A stretch of DNA of 60,018 nt from a virus (IMGVR_UViG_3300007513_000043:1-60018); one strand, 5' to 3'; counted from the first letter of the stretch, positions 30,801 through 40,352 are shown. Made by a program: numbers and translations. Notes: generated by a model not told the origin, from the letters alone.

Positions 30801-33800
30801 TTCTAACTCTGTTGCAGTTGACGGCGATGGTCCTAAAATATTAACCGATGTTCCATCAGTTCCTTGGACACCACTCCATTGAGCAAATTCTGTTGGCTGA
30901 GTAATAGTTGTTGCTCCAGCACTATCTTGATTATATGTTGCAATTGCTGCATATATATTGTGGTCAACAACTAAGGTCGGTATTGTTAAACTCCAACCAG
31001 TAGGCGCAGCTGGAGATGCATAACTAGCAGAAAAATCATTTGGAACATCTTCACCGCTAGCTGCTGCTGATGTCATAAGTTTATATGCATAAACTAATTT
31101 AGGTCCGGGTAATCCATCTCCACCATCTTGCGTTAAAATACTTGGTGCTTCCCAAGTTAAAGATGTATCTGGAACAGTAATATCTGTTGTTGATGCTGGT
31201 GATGTTGTTACATAACAAGGGTTTCCATCTGCCGCTGGAATCGTAGTTGACCAATTCCCAATATTACTAATAGTATTGGTGCTAAAATTAAATTCTGAAG
31301 TATTCAAATCTGTTGTTACTGGTGCTGCGCTTCCTCTTTGATATAAAAATAACAATGCAATACTTGTTCCGGGGTCTCCATCACCTCCAACACCACCAGT
31401 AGCTCCTTGTGCTCCTTGCTCGGCATATTGAGTATTTACATTACAATCATTTCCAACACTAAGATTTCCACTACCAGCAATAAAATCAACACTATCAAAT
31501 GTCAATCTACCGTCATATTGAGAGTTATAATTCGGATTGGCATCTAGAATTTCAAATCTTACAAAAGTATTACTACCTTCTTTGCTTATTTGAAATACTT
31601 GTCCTTCCGGCATTGACTCAAGATAATTCCTTATATCAACACCATTTTTATCTTTAATATTTATAAGAAAACTAGCATTGTCACCGGGCGAATTATTAGC
31701 TAAGTTAGAAACATCCCAACTTGTATTTCCTTGACCAAATGTAAATTCACCACCATCTAAATTTGTCAAACCACTCTCTGTATAATCAAATGGAAAATTA
31801 ATACCAATAGCATCAGTGCCATCTGCCCCATCTGATGCGCTAAATTCAATAGGGGCAGTACCAGTACCTCCAGTGCTACCTACTTCATATAAAAATTGAG
31901 AAACCCAGATAATGTCGCCAGCACTTGTAGATACATTACCTAAATCATCATTCCAGCCGCCAGCACTACTAACATCAGGACTTGAGTAAGACCCAACAAA
32001 CGAAGGTGTGCTTGGCTGTGTTTCTGGTGGACTACCATTGTATGCATAATAAATAAATGGACCAGAATCACCAGTCCCACCAGTTCCTCCATCTGCTCCA
32101 GTAGCTCCAGTATATCCAGATAATTGAGAAGGGTATGTCCAATCTTCATCTATTGAAAAATTCCCAGCGCCTTCTGTCTGCTTCCAAGTAGATGTACTAA
32201 AAAATGTAAAATCACCAGCGGCTGGTGTTGCTGGTGTTAAACTCCAACCATTAGGAGCTGGGTTCATATCGCCATTTGAATCTACATTTACTGCTGCGTT
32301 ACTTGGTGTGCCGTTGGTAGCACCCACAGTAGCTGCATTTTTATATACTGTGAAAGATTTATATATATCAGCTGATGTACCAGTGCCCCCAGTATCTCCT
32401 TGTGCTGCTAATAAATCCCAATAAGTTGTTTGTGTCTCCGGGTTTTTATTTGTATTTGCTGGGGAATCTTTTATTGATACATATGAATTACTATTGTAAA
32501 ATACCGCATCATTAATTGAATATGTAGTTGCGGGATTCCAAGTTCCAAGCCAATCAACTGGAGAATTACCAGAAGACATAATTAAATCACCTCTTAATGT
32601 AACTGTGCCCTCAGAACCATCATAATGCAAATAAGAACCATTGCCAACTTCTGTTCCAACCAAGAAATCGAAATTGCCACCTCCATCTGAACCCATTCTT
32701 ATACCAACACCAGAGCCGGTTAATGTATCAAAGTCCGTGAATGTTCCGATATTTATAATTTGATTTTGTGCCTCTATGGATATATTGCTATTAGATATTT
32801 CATTAGATGATATTGCCCAACCATTTGTTGAATCACCTATATATCCTTCTTCTGCGTGTATTTTTCCTTTTAAATAAACATCTTCTGCCCACAAACCATA
32901 TGTATTAGCGGGTATACTTACACCAGCATAACTAATACCTTCAAGATTTCCGAGTCTTGCTTTTAACTTATTATTACTAGTCCAGTCTCCGATTGTATCA
33001 ACATCATTCCAAATATCTAAGAATGGAGCGCCACTATCTACTGAAGATAAATATAATCCCCCTCGTCTTGCAGCATCCCCAGTACTACCAATTCTTACAG
33101 CAGTTCTATTAACTAAGCTAAATGACCAAGTTCCAGTTATATCTGTTCCAGTGTTATCATAAACAGTTGCTTTAAATTGATTCGCATCTGCTACATCATC
33201 GTCTGTTACTATTAAATAATATTTATTATCTGTTCCATCGAAATCTTTCCATTCAAGAAGTAATATATCATCATCAGAAAATGGATGTGCATCTGTTGCA
33301 TCATCTGATGTTATTGTAAATATTCCAAAATTATTATTTCCATCTTGAGCTTGTACTGCTATTTTTGCTGCATCTGATACTATTAAACTACCATTAGTTG
33401 CTCTTATTTGATTTATAAGTAATTCGTGAACATTCATTGCCCCACGTACCATTAAATCTTCAATCTCTAATCTATATTTATCGCTACCTAAGTTAGTAAC
33501 TTCCCATCCAGACCCACCAGTAAAACCAGATGTAAATGTAACACTTCCAAGTGGAAGGTTGTCTAAAGTTTGAGCCCCAGCAACAGAACCAAATGTAATC
33601 TTTCCAGCAGAATTATAAAAGAATGCAGTTGTACCTCCACCGCTAGTACTTTTTAATTCAACCGTAGGAACACTTGCTTCAATTGACAGTTTACCATTTC
33701 CGGCATTTGTACCTATCCCTACTGCATTAAACTCTACATTATCACTTGTGCTTAAATTTTGCCCAGTATTATATTCAAGATGCGCATCTTTGATTGAATT

Positions 33801-34679
33801 AGCGCCTACTTTAAACTTGTATGCAGCATTTCCTTGTGCTGAACCACCTACGTACTCTATTGAACCATCATCTGCATCACTACCAGTAACTAATGGATAA
33901 ACCTCATTATTGGTTGCACCACCATCTGTACTGATTGTATCAACTACTATTGCTCCGCCACCAATATATACACCAGAACTATTTATAGACGGGGTTCCAT
34001 CTACATTGAATCCCCCAGCAGCATCTACAGTACTCGTAAAGTCTAATTGATAACCACTCACAACGCCGGTATCTGATATACTAAAATCAGTATTAAGCGC
34101 AGTTCCAACATCAAATATTCCACTTATATTACCACTAGCTATCCAGAAACCAGCTTTTTTCACTCCTCCAGTGAATTCTCTGTTGCTTGTATATAAGACT
34201 GGGGTAGCCAAATTAGTATCAGTTATTTGCAAGGTATATGCAGTTGGTGCTCCACCAGAATCTCTTCCAGTAATATTTAGAGTTCCAGTTAATTCATCTT
34301 GACCAGTATTTTTAAGATAATCTGGATGTGCTTGAGACGTAGCATTTGGGTGCGCTGCTAATGTAGCTGATGATATGGATGTTGAATCAGAACCAATAAA
34401 TTGGTCATTTACTCGTAAATTAGTAACTACTAAAGAATCGAATGTTCCAGTTGTAACTGAAGGTGTAGCGCCAGCTGCCCCGGCTAAAGTTGTTTCCTCT
34501 GTGGTAGTAACAGTAACAGCCTCTGGAGCTCCAAAACTTACAGCGTGCCATTTATTCTTTATTCTAACAAATTGTTTTAATTTGCCTTTATGAAATCCAA
34601 ATCTTATTTCGCCTTCGTAGCCTTCAGAGCTACTTGGTAAACCATCTCTTATTATGGGTTTTTTTAAAAATTGACTCAT
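24861..34679 (-). CDS. giant tail fibre/receptor-binding protein with collagen-like linkers, repeated beta modules, CBM-like and ILEI-like domains
   Basis: 3272 aa; about 12 short Gly-X-Y runs; WLGTWNPATTYSINDAV; LFDTYD...AYVLVGQYGLGEG. Confidence 0.8.
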   Translation of the reverse strand: MSQFLKKPIIRDGLPSSSEGYEGEIRFGFHKGKLKQFVRIKNKWHAVSFGAPEAVTVTTTEETTLAGAAGATPSVTTGTFDSLVVTNLRVNDQFIGSDSTSISSATLAAHPNATSQAHPDYLKNTGQDELTGTLNITGRDSGGAPTAYTLQITDTNLATPVLYTSNREFTGGVKKAGFWIASGNISGIFDVGTALNTDFSISDTGVVSGYQLDFTSTVDAAGGFNVDGTPSINSSGVYIGGGAIVVDTISTDGGATNNEVYPLVTGSDADDGSIEYVGGSAQGNAAYKFKVGANSIKDAHLEYNTGQNLSTSDNVEFNAVGIGTNAGNGKLSIEASVPTVELKSTSGGGTTAFFYNSAGKITFGSVAGAQTLDNLPLGSVTFTSGFTGGSGWEVTNLGSDKYRLEIEDLMVRGAMNVHELLINQIRATNGSLIVSDAAKIAVQAQDGNNNFGIFTITSDDATDAHPFSDDDILLLEWKDFDGTDNKYYLIVTDDDVADANQFKATVYDNTGTDITGTWSFSLVNRTAVRIGSTGDAARRGGLYLSSVDSGAPFLDIWNDVDTIGDWTSNNKLKARLGNLEGISYAGVSIPANTYGLWAEDVYLKGKIHAEEGYIGDSTNGWAISSNEISNSNISIEAQNQIINIGTFTDFDTLTGSGVGIRMGSDGGGNFDFLVGTEVGNGSYLHYDGSEGTVTLRGDLIMSSGNSPVDWLGTWNPATTYSINDAVFYNSNSYVSIKDSPANTNKNPETQTTYWDLLAAQGDTGGTGTSADIYKSFTVYKNAATVGATNGTPSNAAVNVDSNGDMNPAPNGWSLTPATPAAGDFTFFSTSTWKQTEGAGNFSIDEDWTYPSQLSGYTGATGADGGTGGTGDSGPFIYYAYNGSPPETQPSTPSFVGSYSSPDVSSAGGWNDDLGNVSTSAGDIIWVSQFLYEVGSTGGTGTAPIEFSASDGADGTDAIGINFPFDYTESGLTNLDGGEFTFGQGNTSWDVSNLANNSPGDNASFLINIKDKNGVDIRNYLESMPEGQVFQISKEGSNTFVRFEILDANPNYNSQYDGRLTFDSVDFIAGSGNLSVGNDCNVNTQYAEQGAQGATGGVGGDGDPGTSIALLFLYQRGSAAPVTTDLNTSEFNFSTNTISNIGNWSTTIPAADGNPCYVTTSPASTTDITVPDTSLTWEAPSILTQDGGDGLPGPKLVYAYKLMTSAAASGEDVPNDFSASYASPAAPTGWSLTIPTLVVDHNIYAAIATYNQDSAGATTITQPTEFAQWSGVQGTDGTSVNILGPSPSTATELEGYPNGPYSGDIGDAFIVQDTGDLWIWDGNSWGNAGNITGPPGPQGDPGTPGAEGEPGNVYSVYYLYKNSASIPADVNSNLVTINNEGVMTGVPQTWSSIPTSPGDGQLTYISQAVYVQENTVGNIGTNAYTLFGAWSTPAQFSGIEGLSASWTYEHDDIVYFDLGSAGDGQIGFKRDVLSNQNPYVTGTSYGEWITAWHANINQIIISRFDKSGYDHYNFFTTECAIGTVLAYTHGGTGETYRFKINSSYNLEQGAGGHNHGDIFSFLIEDVGDTYGEQGTSNVDGQFYPIASLDGETGTAGTDGETIVLVNAYRRSSVALVDGDRPTTQNYNFETGQLTDLDNSWTDTIPTTNGDPCYVVSGVARTTDITVADVDWDWSTPQIIFQDGGDGAPGLKTVYAYKNLTAAEYGAGPTVPTFSGTYATPTIDLSWAFSASAPSASQQIYVTSAEYTVDSSGTTNINPSGVIVQFSGQNGSDGVGVQIQGTVADEASLPSSNNTAGDAYIVELADNGDVGHLFVWDGDSWENSGQFVGPQGPPGSDGDDGNEYKTFTIYKNANTSAANGAGTPGAGATVNSSGVMNNTPTGWSLQATTPAIGEFTFYSVATWVNSNHDSPAWSEDTGWTQGALLSGHTGADGVQGGQAVWNVNNWGGEVAVTETQGVKVQVSIDKPNSKITLAVDADEAYCGTTVFSVWCWVKKLDDAVNVVSFDSSITAVNLYGGDGAGGHSANENNFNIYPVPFPEDGESFVSLSNTVSHAYIGTNGILLHSRNNLSVPNHGKEYVTLELDSTDFDDIANVPFELTVFVMANDYGDNGNEWAQIGTFASAPGSFIAMGDRKIAVEPDRDTRYTFYASDSLDFDVTLMNNSPVGTADAASTMMSFTNTTPTQDGFYFINQSDNPHFGYSTYDDNSGELTWRTYMDSTGKLELYGNPISGTDGAGLKWEPGDGITTNPSLQIRGDVHLGDAEEGIDIVNGIAIGTHNYSTPGGTGMNNKTMIAIGQTTYLDNYLYNTLDNLDPLTSQSHGLLLFVLNKDLNVRHLELFDTYDVIHGLTRRENLADILNLQTQLEDGSNIVSTDLVIMLTGQELLVDASSDDSDSEGLVAAMRLYGATNPYAHTGLVASGDHIKTAYVLVGQYGLGEGNGHEQHNRYIEPNETSPNTNLPAAFVSFSFNKTHGVLFGGLTSYGTEISGNNISTGIIKSNNIDETVVDTNYITLGTRFDLNSGEIASKNFSIKSDGNAFFRGEIVLDSMTLSGSSSSIRFMENAMQIGNLGTYKCGISIDGTNKWEITENLSDEGTMIFKLGHSGTSKFAFEQTYDVGSSSNSNHSSSLAIAADTITLTSGQVLTDNDSIISAINVASSGVTISGDHIEINGSTVFTNVSNWEDPWHTKWSMATSGALNLSLSNSSLATVISEYYSATAGVVTPIFKADAQAQNGMALRFGKTWDGASQPYNALFDTSGSSAQNTAIGTNYAWRNQRVKIDPLILYKVSMRVKAYKVVDGGTATSDQNIRFGFMGYHYLNSAYANWDDSSGAIVASDSYPTWAGTGASGVNVDENWQIITYYMRGKTSVENDVADGICNDATLPGKFHDDVGYFGIAFRADGGADVNNPDDQPDFLVDWIKIETEEYGQTIIDGDMIQTGQISANHIDTTSIFANAATISDVLTLGTGAKIQTASKDSATNTTAGVYIDKDSFAVGTVNSTGETGSGIAYDGSNLFVNGVLRADKLANVTPQIQDWNGEYVPLMHQKEEFEFGINDNEWGWHTINDVRIGAKIDFRIKIDHPEQSWRICQMRLEIIPGSGGAVGHLEGDRFLRIWHTTGQAVWDYAYEHEVNLALSSTPYDLIRTNHGFGNATGSSDRESMWFFQATLGPLWDTDTTSKCYNFAEYLKTLPNNSIKWRIIHTTENYHPYSSTNNRYPDEPVMADGNTWHGTRAHTYDVVYDGSSDAGIYQTTDQRTMMTDQIYTAYADITVNNGG

Positions 34680-37600
34680 TATCTAACACTTTTTTCTCTA
34701 TAAATAATAACTAAATCATTTACCTCAAATCCAGAATCTACAACAGTAGAAGCAATTTGTTGTAATTGTAACTCAATAGTTTTACAAGATATCCTAGGTG
34801 TTGGAATTAATTCTATAGTATTCCATTCTCCACTTGTGTTTGCTAAAGTACCAGTTAAAGTTGTAGAAGAAACACCAGTTCCGTCATTATGATAGGCAAC
34901 CATTTCAACTCCAGCAGCATCATCTGATGTTTTATAAGTTATATATACTTTATAGACAAATTTTACTGTTGAGGGATTGCCGAAATCAAATTCCTTAGAT
35001 TTCCAAGTCAAAGGAGAGGCATTAGTCAAATCATCGCTTAGCACTTCATCCCATTTTTTAAAATCAACTTGATTAGCAGTTGTTGCATTTGTAGATGCAG
35101 TTACTAAAGAATTCGAATATACAAAAAATTTAGATTTAAAGTCGTCAGAAATTCTATCAACACCAGTCCCTTTCATCCAAGAACGAGCAACCATATCATA
35201 TACAAGGAAATTAGATGTACTTCCATTAGTAAAGAATAAAACTTTATATTCCGGATGAAAACCAGCAACTATATCATTATCTTCTGTATATAAAGATTTC
35301 CATTCATCTTCAATCACACTTGTAGATAACTCAGATACAATTTCTCCATTATATAAGAAGGCACCATAAGCATTTCCAAAAGCTACTCCAAAGTCAGTAG
35401 TTGCTACTGAATGAATACTAGGCACTCCCCTATGTCTATGTGTTGCTCTTATAAATTCTGGTTCTGTAGTTACATCTATGATATACAGAGTATTCTTCTT
35501 AAACTGCAATAATTGCCCGCCAAATGTTTCTAAAACAACTATCTCATCTCCATCGTCAACGGTAACATCAAGTATATCGTAATCAGTAAAATTATCAAAT
35601 TGATTTGGTAAAGATTTAACTATCCTATCTGGAAATGATTGTTCTGTAGATTGTCCAGTTTCTTTCATATACACATTACCAGCATATACTCTTCTATTTA
35701 ATATAGTTGCTGTTTTGAATCTTAAACCAGTATGCCAAGTATCTGGAAACATACCAGTCCTATTTTGGAAATTGGTATCAAATATCTTTCCAAACCATCC
35801 ACTTGTTGTTGTGAATTGAGTTGAATCTACATTCCATCCTTCATATGTCCCATCTTCATTTTCAAATCCATTTTCTAAATCATAAGAACACACATAACTA
35901 AAATCTTCACTTTCTGGAATAGACCCAGCATCATCTGAATATTTATTTGTATACACATTTATTTTAGTTACTCTATTTCCACCTCTATTCCAATCAAATA
36001 TTTGTTTTCTTCCACTAACAATTGATTTTGGCTCTACACTACAAGTTAATCTAAATCCTAATTTTTCATCATCTTTTTGTATTTCTCCGGGAGGGTCAAA
36101 TTCAACACTATTACCAATATCAGCATCTGATGGATTCCAGAAACCACCATAATTCGTGCACTCACTTTCTAAAGTTAACTCTGCTGATATATTAGCTGAA
36201 GCTGTTGCACTCGAACCACCACCACCAGTAAAACTCACATCTGGAGTTGTTAAATATCCACTTCCATAATTATCCATTAAAATTTCAGTTACAGAATTTC
36301 CAGTTAATACCGCAGTAGCAGTTGCTGTATCTGAACCGGAATCTGGGGAATCTACAACGACAGTAGGTGCACTAGTGTATCCAGTACCCCCAGTTACTAC
36401 ATTAATACTTTTAACAACGTGAGAATACGTAGCTGTATTATTACTTGCTATTTGACAAACACCATTGTCTATCCATCCAGTTACTCCAGTTAGAGTTACT
36501 CCTTCTACTCTGAATCCATCGGTATTAGTCCAACCACTCGTCAAGGAAGAATCACACGTAAATGTATCATCATCGTTAGCTGTTATAGCAGCATATTGAG
36601 AGGTCGCTGTGTTTTTTGCTATCATACCAACCATACCATTACTACCTAGATTTGCGAATTGCCCAGTTGTATTAGACGTACATACAAATCCACCAGTAGC
36701 GTTTGTATCAGTTACTGTATTTGTTCCAGTGAATAGGTTGTTATTACCAGCCAAGCCAGTAGCGAATCCCGTATAAGACAAGACTTGTGTTTTCCCTAGA
36801 TTATCAACAACTTTAATGCTACCACCTTCATCCCAATTAAGCTTAGTGGCATCTGGTATATAACTACTTGTAGAATCTTGGTCATTAACTTTATGTGATA
36901 AGTGTATATTATCATCTTGATATTCTGCTTTTTTAGTTAGCTTTACAATATACCCTAATTCATCTTCAGTAGGCGCGGCAGCTAAAGTTTTAATATTAGC
37001 TAAAGTAATTGTCCCTATTTCTTTTGGTGTTGATTCTTGTGAATTATCATAGGTTAAAGTCGCATATAACTTTCTTCCTTGCATTAATAAAGTTCCATCT
37101 CCCTTATTTCTAGCAAGATTTAAGGTAAACCCAATTTGACCGGGACTAAGTGATTTTGATGTTGTATCACTTGCTATATGAAACTCTTGATTTAAACTTC
37201 CAGTATTTGTACTTCCAACAGTTGGTGATAAAGGGAAACATCTTGATGGATGACAATGCCAATTATTCACTACTACATTAGAATTGAAAAAATCTTTTTT
37301 AATGTGGGATAACAGCATTGTAGATGCTTTTTGGTCATCTAATAATTTCCATTCTCCCGCAGCTAAATCAGTAGCAAAAGTAGATGTAGATGTGTTGGCA
37401 ACAATACATATATACTCCTTACTTGATTCAACAACAACATCATTTACAATATAAGCGGTTGTACCAGCCCACGCACCTTTATGCACCATATTAGCCGGTC
37501 CTTCAGATGTTGTATTACCAAAATTAGGGTCACATATTCTAAGTCCTCCATCTGCAAAATAATAAGCGGCATCGTGCTTATCTCCAGATGTCATACTAGA

Positions 37601-38029
37601 TGCTAATTTTCCATATATTCCTTGTACAGCTCCAGCGCCCCAAGATACATTAGCAGTAGAATCATATGGTTGTAGATATTGCCATTTTTTATTAACAGTA
37701 TCGTGAACCCATAATTTACCAGTAGTTTTATCTACAAAAGCTATATAGGTTTCAGATGCTAAAGAATTATCCTTTTTGATATCAGTGGCAAATACTTTGA
37801 AAATTTGACCATTAGTGAAGTTTACATAAGTACTACCGCTCTCTATAGTATTAGACATAACTTGTATATCGGTATTATCAATAAACTTGCCTAATTGCTG
37901 TAATTTACCTACATACCTTAAGGATACATTTAAAGCTACTTGACATTGCTTTTCTTGTAAATCACGGGGGTCAGTAAAAGTAACCAAACCCCCACTGAAA
38001 TCTGGAATTATTAAAGGGGTTTTAGCCAT
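34679..38029 (-). CDS. tail nozzle/stabilisation protein (beta-propeller type)
   Basis: IPDFSGGL N-terminus; DGDEIVVLETFGGQLLQFKK blades; WKSKEFDFGNP C-terminal motif. Confidence 0.7.
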   Translation of the reverse strand: MAKTPLIIPDFSGGLVTFTDPRDLQEKQCQVALNVSLRYVGKLQQLGKFIDNTDIQVMSNTIESGSTYVNFTNGQIFKVFATDIKKDNSLASETYIAFVDKTTGKLWVHDTVNKKWQYLQPYDSTANVSWGAGAVQGIYGKLASSMTSGDKHDAAYYFADGGLRICDPNFGNTTSEGPANMVHKGAWAGTTAYIVNDVVVESSKEYICIVANTSTSTFATDLAAGEWKLLDDQKASTMLLSHIKKDFFNSNVVVNNWHCHPSRCFPLSPTVGSTNTGSLNQEFHIASDTTSKSLSPGQIGFTLNLARNKGDGTLLMQGRKLYATLTYDNSQESTPKEIGTITLANIKTLAAAPTEDELGYIVKLTKKAEYQDDNIHLSHKVNDQDSTSSYIPDATKLNWDEGGSIKVVDNLGKTQVLSYTGFATGLAGNNNLFTGTNTVTDTNATGGFVCTSNTTGQFANLGSNGMVGMIAKNTATSQYAAITANDDDTFTCDSSLTSGWTNTDGFRVEGVTLTGVTGWIDNGVCQIASNNTATYSHVVKSINVVTGGTGYTSAPTVVVDSPDSGSDTATATAVLTGNSVTEILMDNYGSGYLTTPDVSFTGGGGSSATASANISAELTLESECTNYGGFWNPSDADIGNSVEFDPPGEIQKDDEKLGFRLTCSVEPKSIVSGRKQIFDWNRGGNRVTKINVYTNKYSDDAGSIPESEDFSYVCSYDLENGFENEDGTYEGWNVDSTQFTTTSGWFGKIFDTNFQNRTGMFPDTWHTGLRFKTATILNRRVYAGNVYMKETGQSTEQSFPDRIVKSLPNQFDNFTDYDILDVTVDDGDEIVVLETFGGQLLQFKKNTLYIIDVTTEPEFIRATHRHRGVPSIHSVATTDFGVAFGNAYGAFLYNGEIVSELSTSVIEDEWKSLYTEDNDIVAGFHPEYKVLFFTNGSTSNFLVYDMVARSWMKGTGVDRISDDFKSKFFVYSNSLVTASTNATTANQVDFKKWDEVLSDDLTNASPLTWKSKEFDFGNPSTVKFVYKVYITYKTSDDAAGVEMVAYHNDGTGVSSTTLTGTLANTSGEWNTIELIPTPRISCKTIELQLQQIASTVVDSGFEVNDLVIIYREKSVR

Positions 38030-38032
38030 TTA

Positions 38033-38218
38033 TTAATCCTCTAAGATTTTTTCTTTTATAACTTCTTCAACAGAATCATATATTGCTGTTAATATTTTCT
38101 CTTCCGTTTTTTCTGATATAATAGGAATATCTATATTTTCATTTAACGCACCAATAATTTTAGATTTCATCTCATCATTAAATATATATCCTACTACCAT
38201 TTCTTTAATCCCAGCCAT
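38033..38218 (-). CDS. hypothetical protein
   Basis: AAGGAG RBS; LNENIDIPIISEKTEEKIL. Confidence 0.7.
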   Translation of the reverse strand: MAGIKEMVVGYIFNDEMKSKIIGALNENIDIPIISEKTEEKILTAIYDSVEEVIKEKILED

Positions 38219-38227
38219 ATTATCTCC

Positions 38228-38446
38228 TTATTTCTTTTTTTTCTGTTTTCTGATTCTTCTATTGATACGCTTTTGTAAAAGTTTAGTACCTTTTCCGGAA
38301 GCTTTTCTAACATTACGTTTTCTAGCCATTTTATCAATCTTTTTTTGTGCTTTGCCTTCTTTACCTTTTTTGTAATAAGGACTTTTCTTTACTTTGCTCT
38401 TATAAGCTTTTAACTTAGTTCTACGTTTCTTCAGCTTTGATGCCAT
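38228..38446 (-). CDS. highly basic small protein
   Basis: Roughly half K/R; AGGAG RBS. Confidence 0.65.
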   Translation of the reverse strand: MASKLKKRRTKLKAYKSKVKKSPYYKKGKEGKAQKKIDKMARKRNVRKASGKGTKLLQKRINRRIRKQKKKK

Positions 38447-38643
38447 TACTTATCTCCTTTTTTGATTACTTTCTTTGCTTTACATCCACAATCCATACAT
38501 ATCCAATCTGCTCTAGGATGTGATTCTTTTTCTAACGCTATAATTCTTTTTTCGTGATTACTAGCAATCCTCTTATCTGAAGTTTTTTCCAATCTCTTCA
38601 TAATCTGCTTAAATAATATCTTTACTACCATTGCTTGTACCAT
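38446..38643 (-). CDS. hypothetical protein with C-terminal CxxC
   Basis: HEKRIIALEKESHP...CMDCGC. Confidence 0.65.
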   Translation of the reverse strand: MVQAMVVKILFKQIMKRLEKTSDKRIASNHEKRIIALEKESHPRADWICMDCGCKAKKVIKKGDK

Positions 38644-39005
38644 TATTTATCCTCACAATCATCCCATTTTTTCAAGTCAAGCATCGGTAAAGGCTTTTCT
38701 ATCATATGGTCTTTTAGTTTGTCATTTTGTATTGCTACTTTATTTCCACCTTTGATATAAGGTTTCCCTTTTGCGCATCCAACCTCATATACAAATAATA
38801 TCGTTTTCCATATTCCTACTCTTACTACTCTTGCTGGTCTACCATCGAAAATAATTACATCATCAGTATTTAAATCATCACCAGCGAATACTTTTATAGC
38901 ATCAATAGTCGACTCTATAGTCTTTCTTCCAATTAGAAAAAGAAATCCAGCAATGAGCATCCATCCATACTGACCTAACAATGCCTCTATAGTTTCTTTT
39001 TCCAT
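38643..39005 (-). CDS. membrane protein with an MscS-like beta domain
   Basis: One TM helix followed by DDVIIFDGRPARVVRVGIWKT. Confidence 0.55.
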   Translation of the reverse strand: MEKETIEALLGQYGWMLIAGFLFLIGRKTIESTIDAIKVFAGDDLNTDDVIIFDGRPARVVRVGIWKTILFVYEVGCAKGKPYIKGGNKVAIQNDKLKDHMIEKPLPMLDLKKWDDCEDK

Positions 39006-39014
39006 AAATCTCCA

Positions 39015-39812
39015 TTATTTATTTCCGTCTATGTAATTGCCCCAAACAGTAGTTCTCCCCCTAACTATTTCAACTACCTCAACCTTAAAATCTCCATTTT
39101 CAAAAAAATCTACTATAGCAAATGCGTGATTCCAATTATGCAAATTTCCTCGTAAAAATCTATTTTTAGATGAACTTATATCCTTTAAGCATCCCATACT
39201 CCAAGCACTTTGCGTACCCCCTAATCCAGTCTCAGTAAATCTTTGCAAATCGTGAGTATGTCCATACATAATGTTTTCTTTATATGCTGCTAAATGCTTT
39301 TTAGCGTGATGAATAGGAACATAATCACCGTGTGTAAAATTCAATTTTCCTATTTTTAGTTTTTTGTCTGATATATATTCCCAGTATTCATATCCGCGTT
39401 CCTTTAGCTTTAAAGCATTTTCTGTCATATACTTTGGTAAATATGGGTGTTTACTCACAAACTCATCCAACCAAACCTCGTGATTCCCTTGTAAAAAATA
39501 TCTTTCATTACAATCAATTTTATTCAAAGAACCATCTATAATATCCATTCCTTTATTTACAGCCTTTACCTCTTTGTCAAGCATAGGTATTAAGACCTCT
39601 AAAGGTGGTTTTTCTCTATTTTTCCAATAGTGTCTACTGAAAAGCTCCCATTCGCCAGTATCACCTAAATCTATATATATATCTGGCTTAATTATCTCTA
39701 TTGCCTTACATACAACATTTATAGCAGCTTTATCTGCTATCGGGAAATGTTTATCGGGCGTTACTATCGCCCTTTTTACTGCTTGCTTTTTCTTCATATA
39801 GTAGTTTTTCAT
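39015..39812 (-). CDS. calcineurin-like metallophosphoesterase
   Basis: PDKH, LGD, GNHE, THG and GHTH motifs. Confidence 0.9.
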   Translation of the reverse strand: MKNYYMKKKQAVKRAIVTPDKHFPIADKAAINVVCKAIEIIKPDIYIDLGDTGEWELFSRHYWKNREKPPLEVLIPMLDKEVKAVNKGMDIIDGSLNKIDCNERYFLQGNHEVWLDEFVSKHPYLPKYMTENALKLKERGYEYWEYISDKKLKIGKLNFTHGDYVPIHHAKKHLAAYKENIMYGHTHDLQRFTETGLGGTQSAWSMGCLKDISSSKNRFLRGNLHNWNHAFAIVDFFENGDFKVEVVEIVRGRTTVWGNYIDGNK

Positions 39813-39957
39813 TCAAACCTTTATATACTAAATAAAATACTGTAGCTATTCCAACTGCAATACGCACAGTTACTGGAACCCATTCCAGCCAAGTTACATA
39901 CAAACCACCAGAACCTACACTTAACGTCTTTAGCGTATCTGCAATTGTTTCTTTCAT
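39751..39957 (-). CDS. putative holin
   Basis: 1-2 TM segments and a charged C-tail, directly after the endolysin. Confidence 0.5.
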   Translation of the reverse strand: MKETIADTLKTLSVGSGGLYVTWLEWVPVTVRIAVGIATVFYLVYKGLNEKLLYEEKASSKKGDSNAR

Positions 39958-40352
39958 TATTTATCCTTTATTTCAAAATGTGGGAAATCATCAAATTTAT
40001 TATCATCTACTTCAAAGTTCATATTCCAATCTCCTCCCCAACGAAGAGTAATACCCATCCTACTAGCCACCCCAATGACAAACCCAGCAAAAAGGTGGAA
40101 ACGCTCTCTATCCTTCCAGTCAATAGGGTAAGGAACGACATCAGCAGCGTTACTAGGGAGAGAATTATGCCTACCTTTTGGGTAAGCAACTTTAGTTTTT
40201 CCCTCTTTAAGCAATCTATTTTGCCTCTTCTCACTTCTGTGTCCTTCCAACACTGAACAATCAACAGTCTTAATTACTTCATTAAATACGTCTTGTAATC
40301 TTTTATCACAAGTAGCAAGACGTTCTCTACTTTTTTTCCCGAATTTAGCCAT
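39957..40352 (-). CDS. endolysin, peptidase M15 (L-Ala-D-Glu peptidase-like)
   Basis: EGHRS...RQ, GRHN...AAD, LRWGGDW, DFPHFE. Confidence 0.92.
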   Translation of the reverse strand: MAKFGKKSRERLATCDKRLQDVFNEVIKTVDCSVLEGHRSEKRQNRLLKEGKTKVAYPKGRHNSLPSNAADVVPYPIDWKDRERFHLFAGFVIGVASRMGITLRWGGDWNMNFEVDDNKFDDFPHFEIKDK

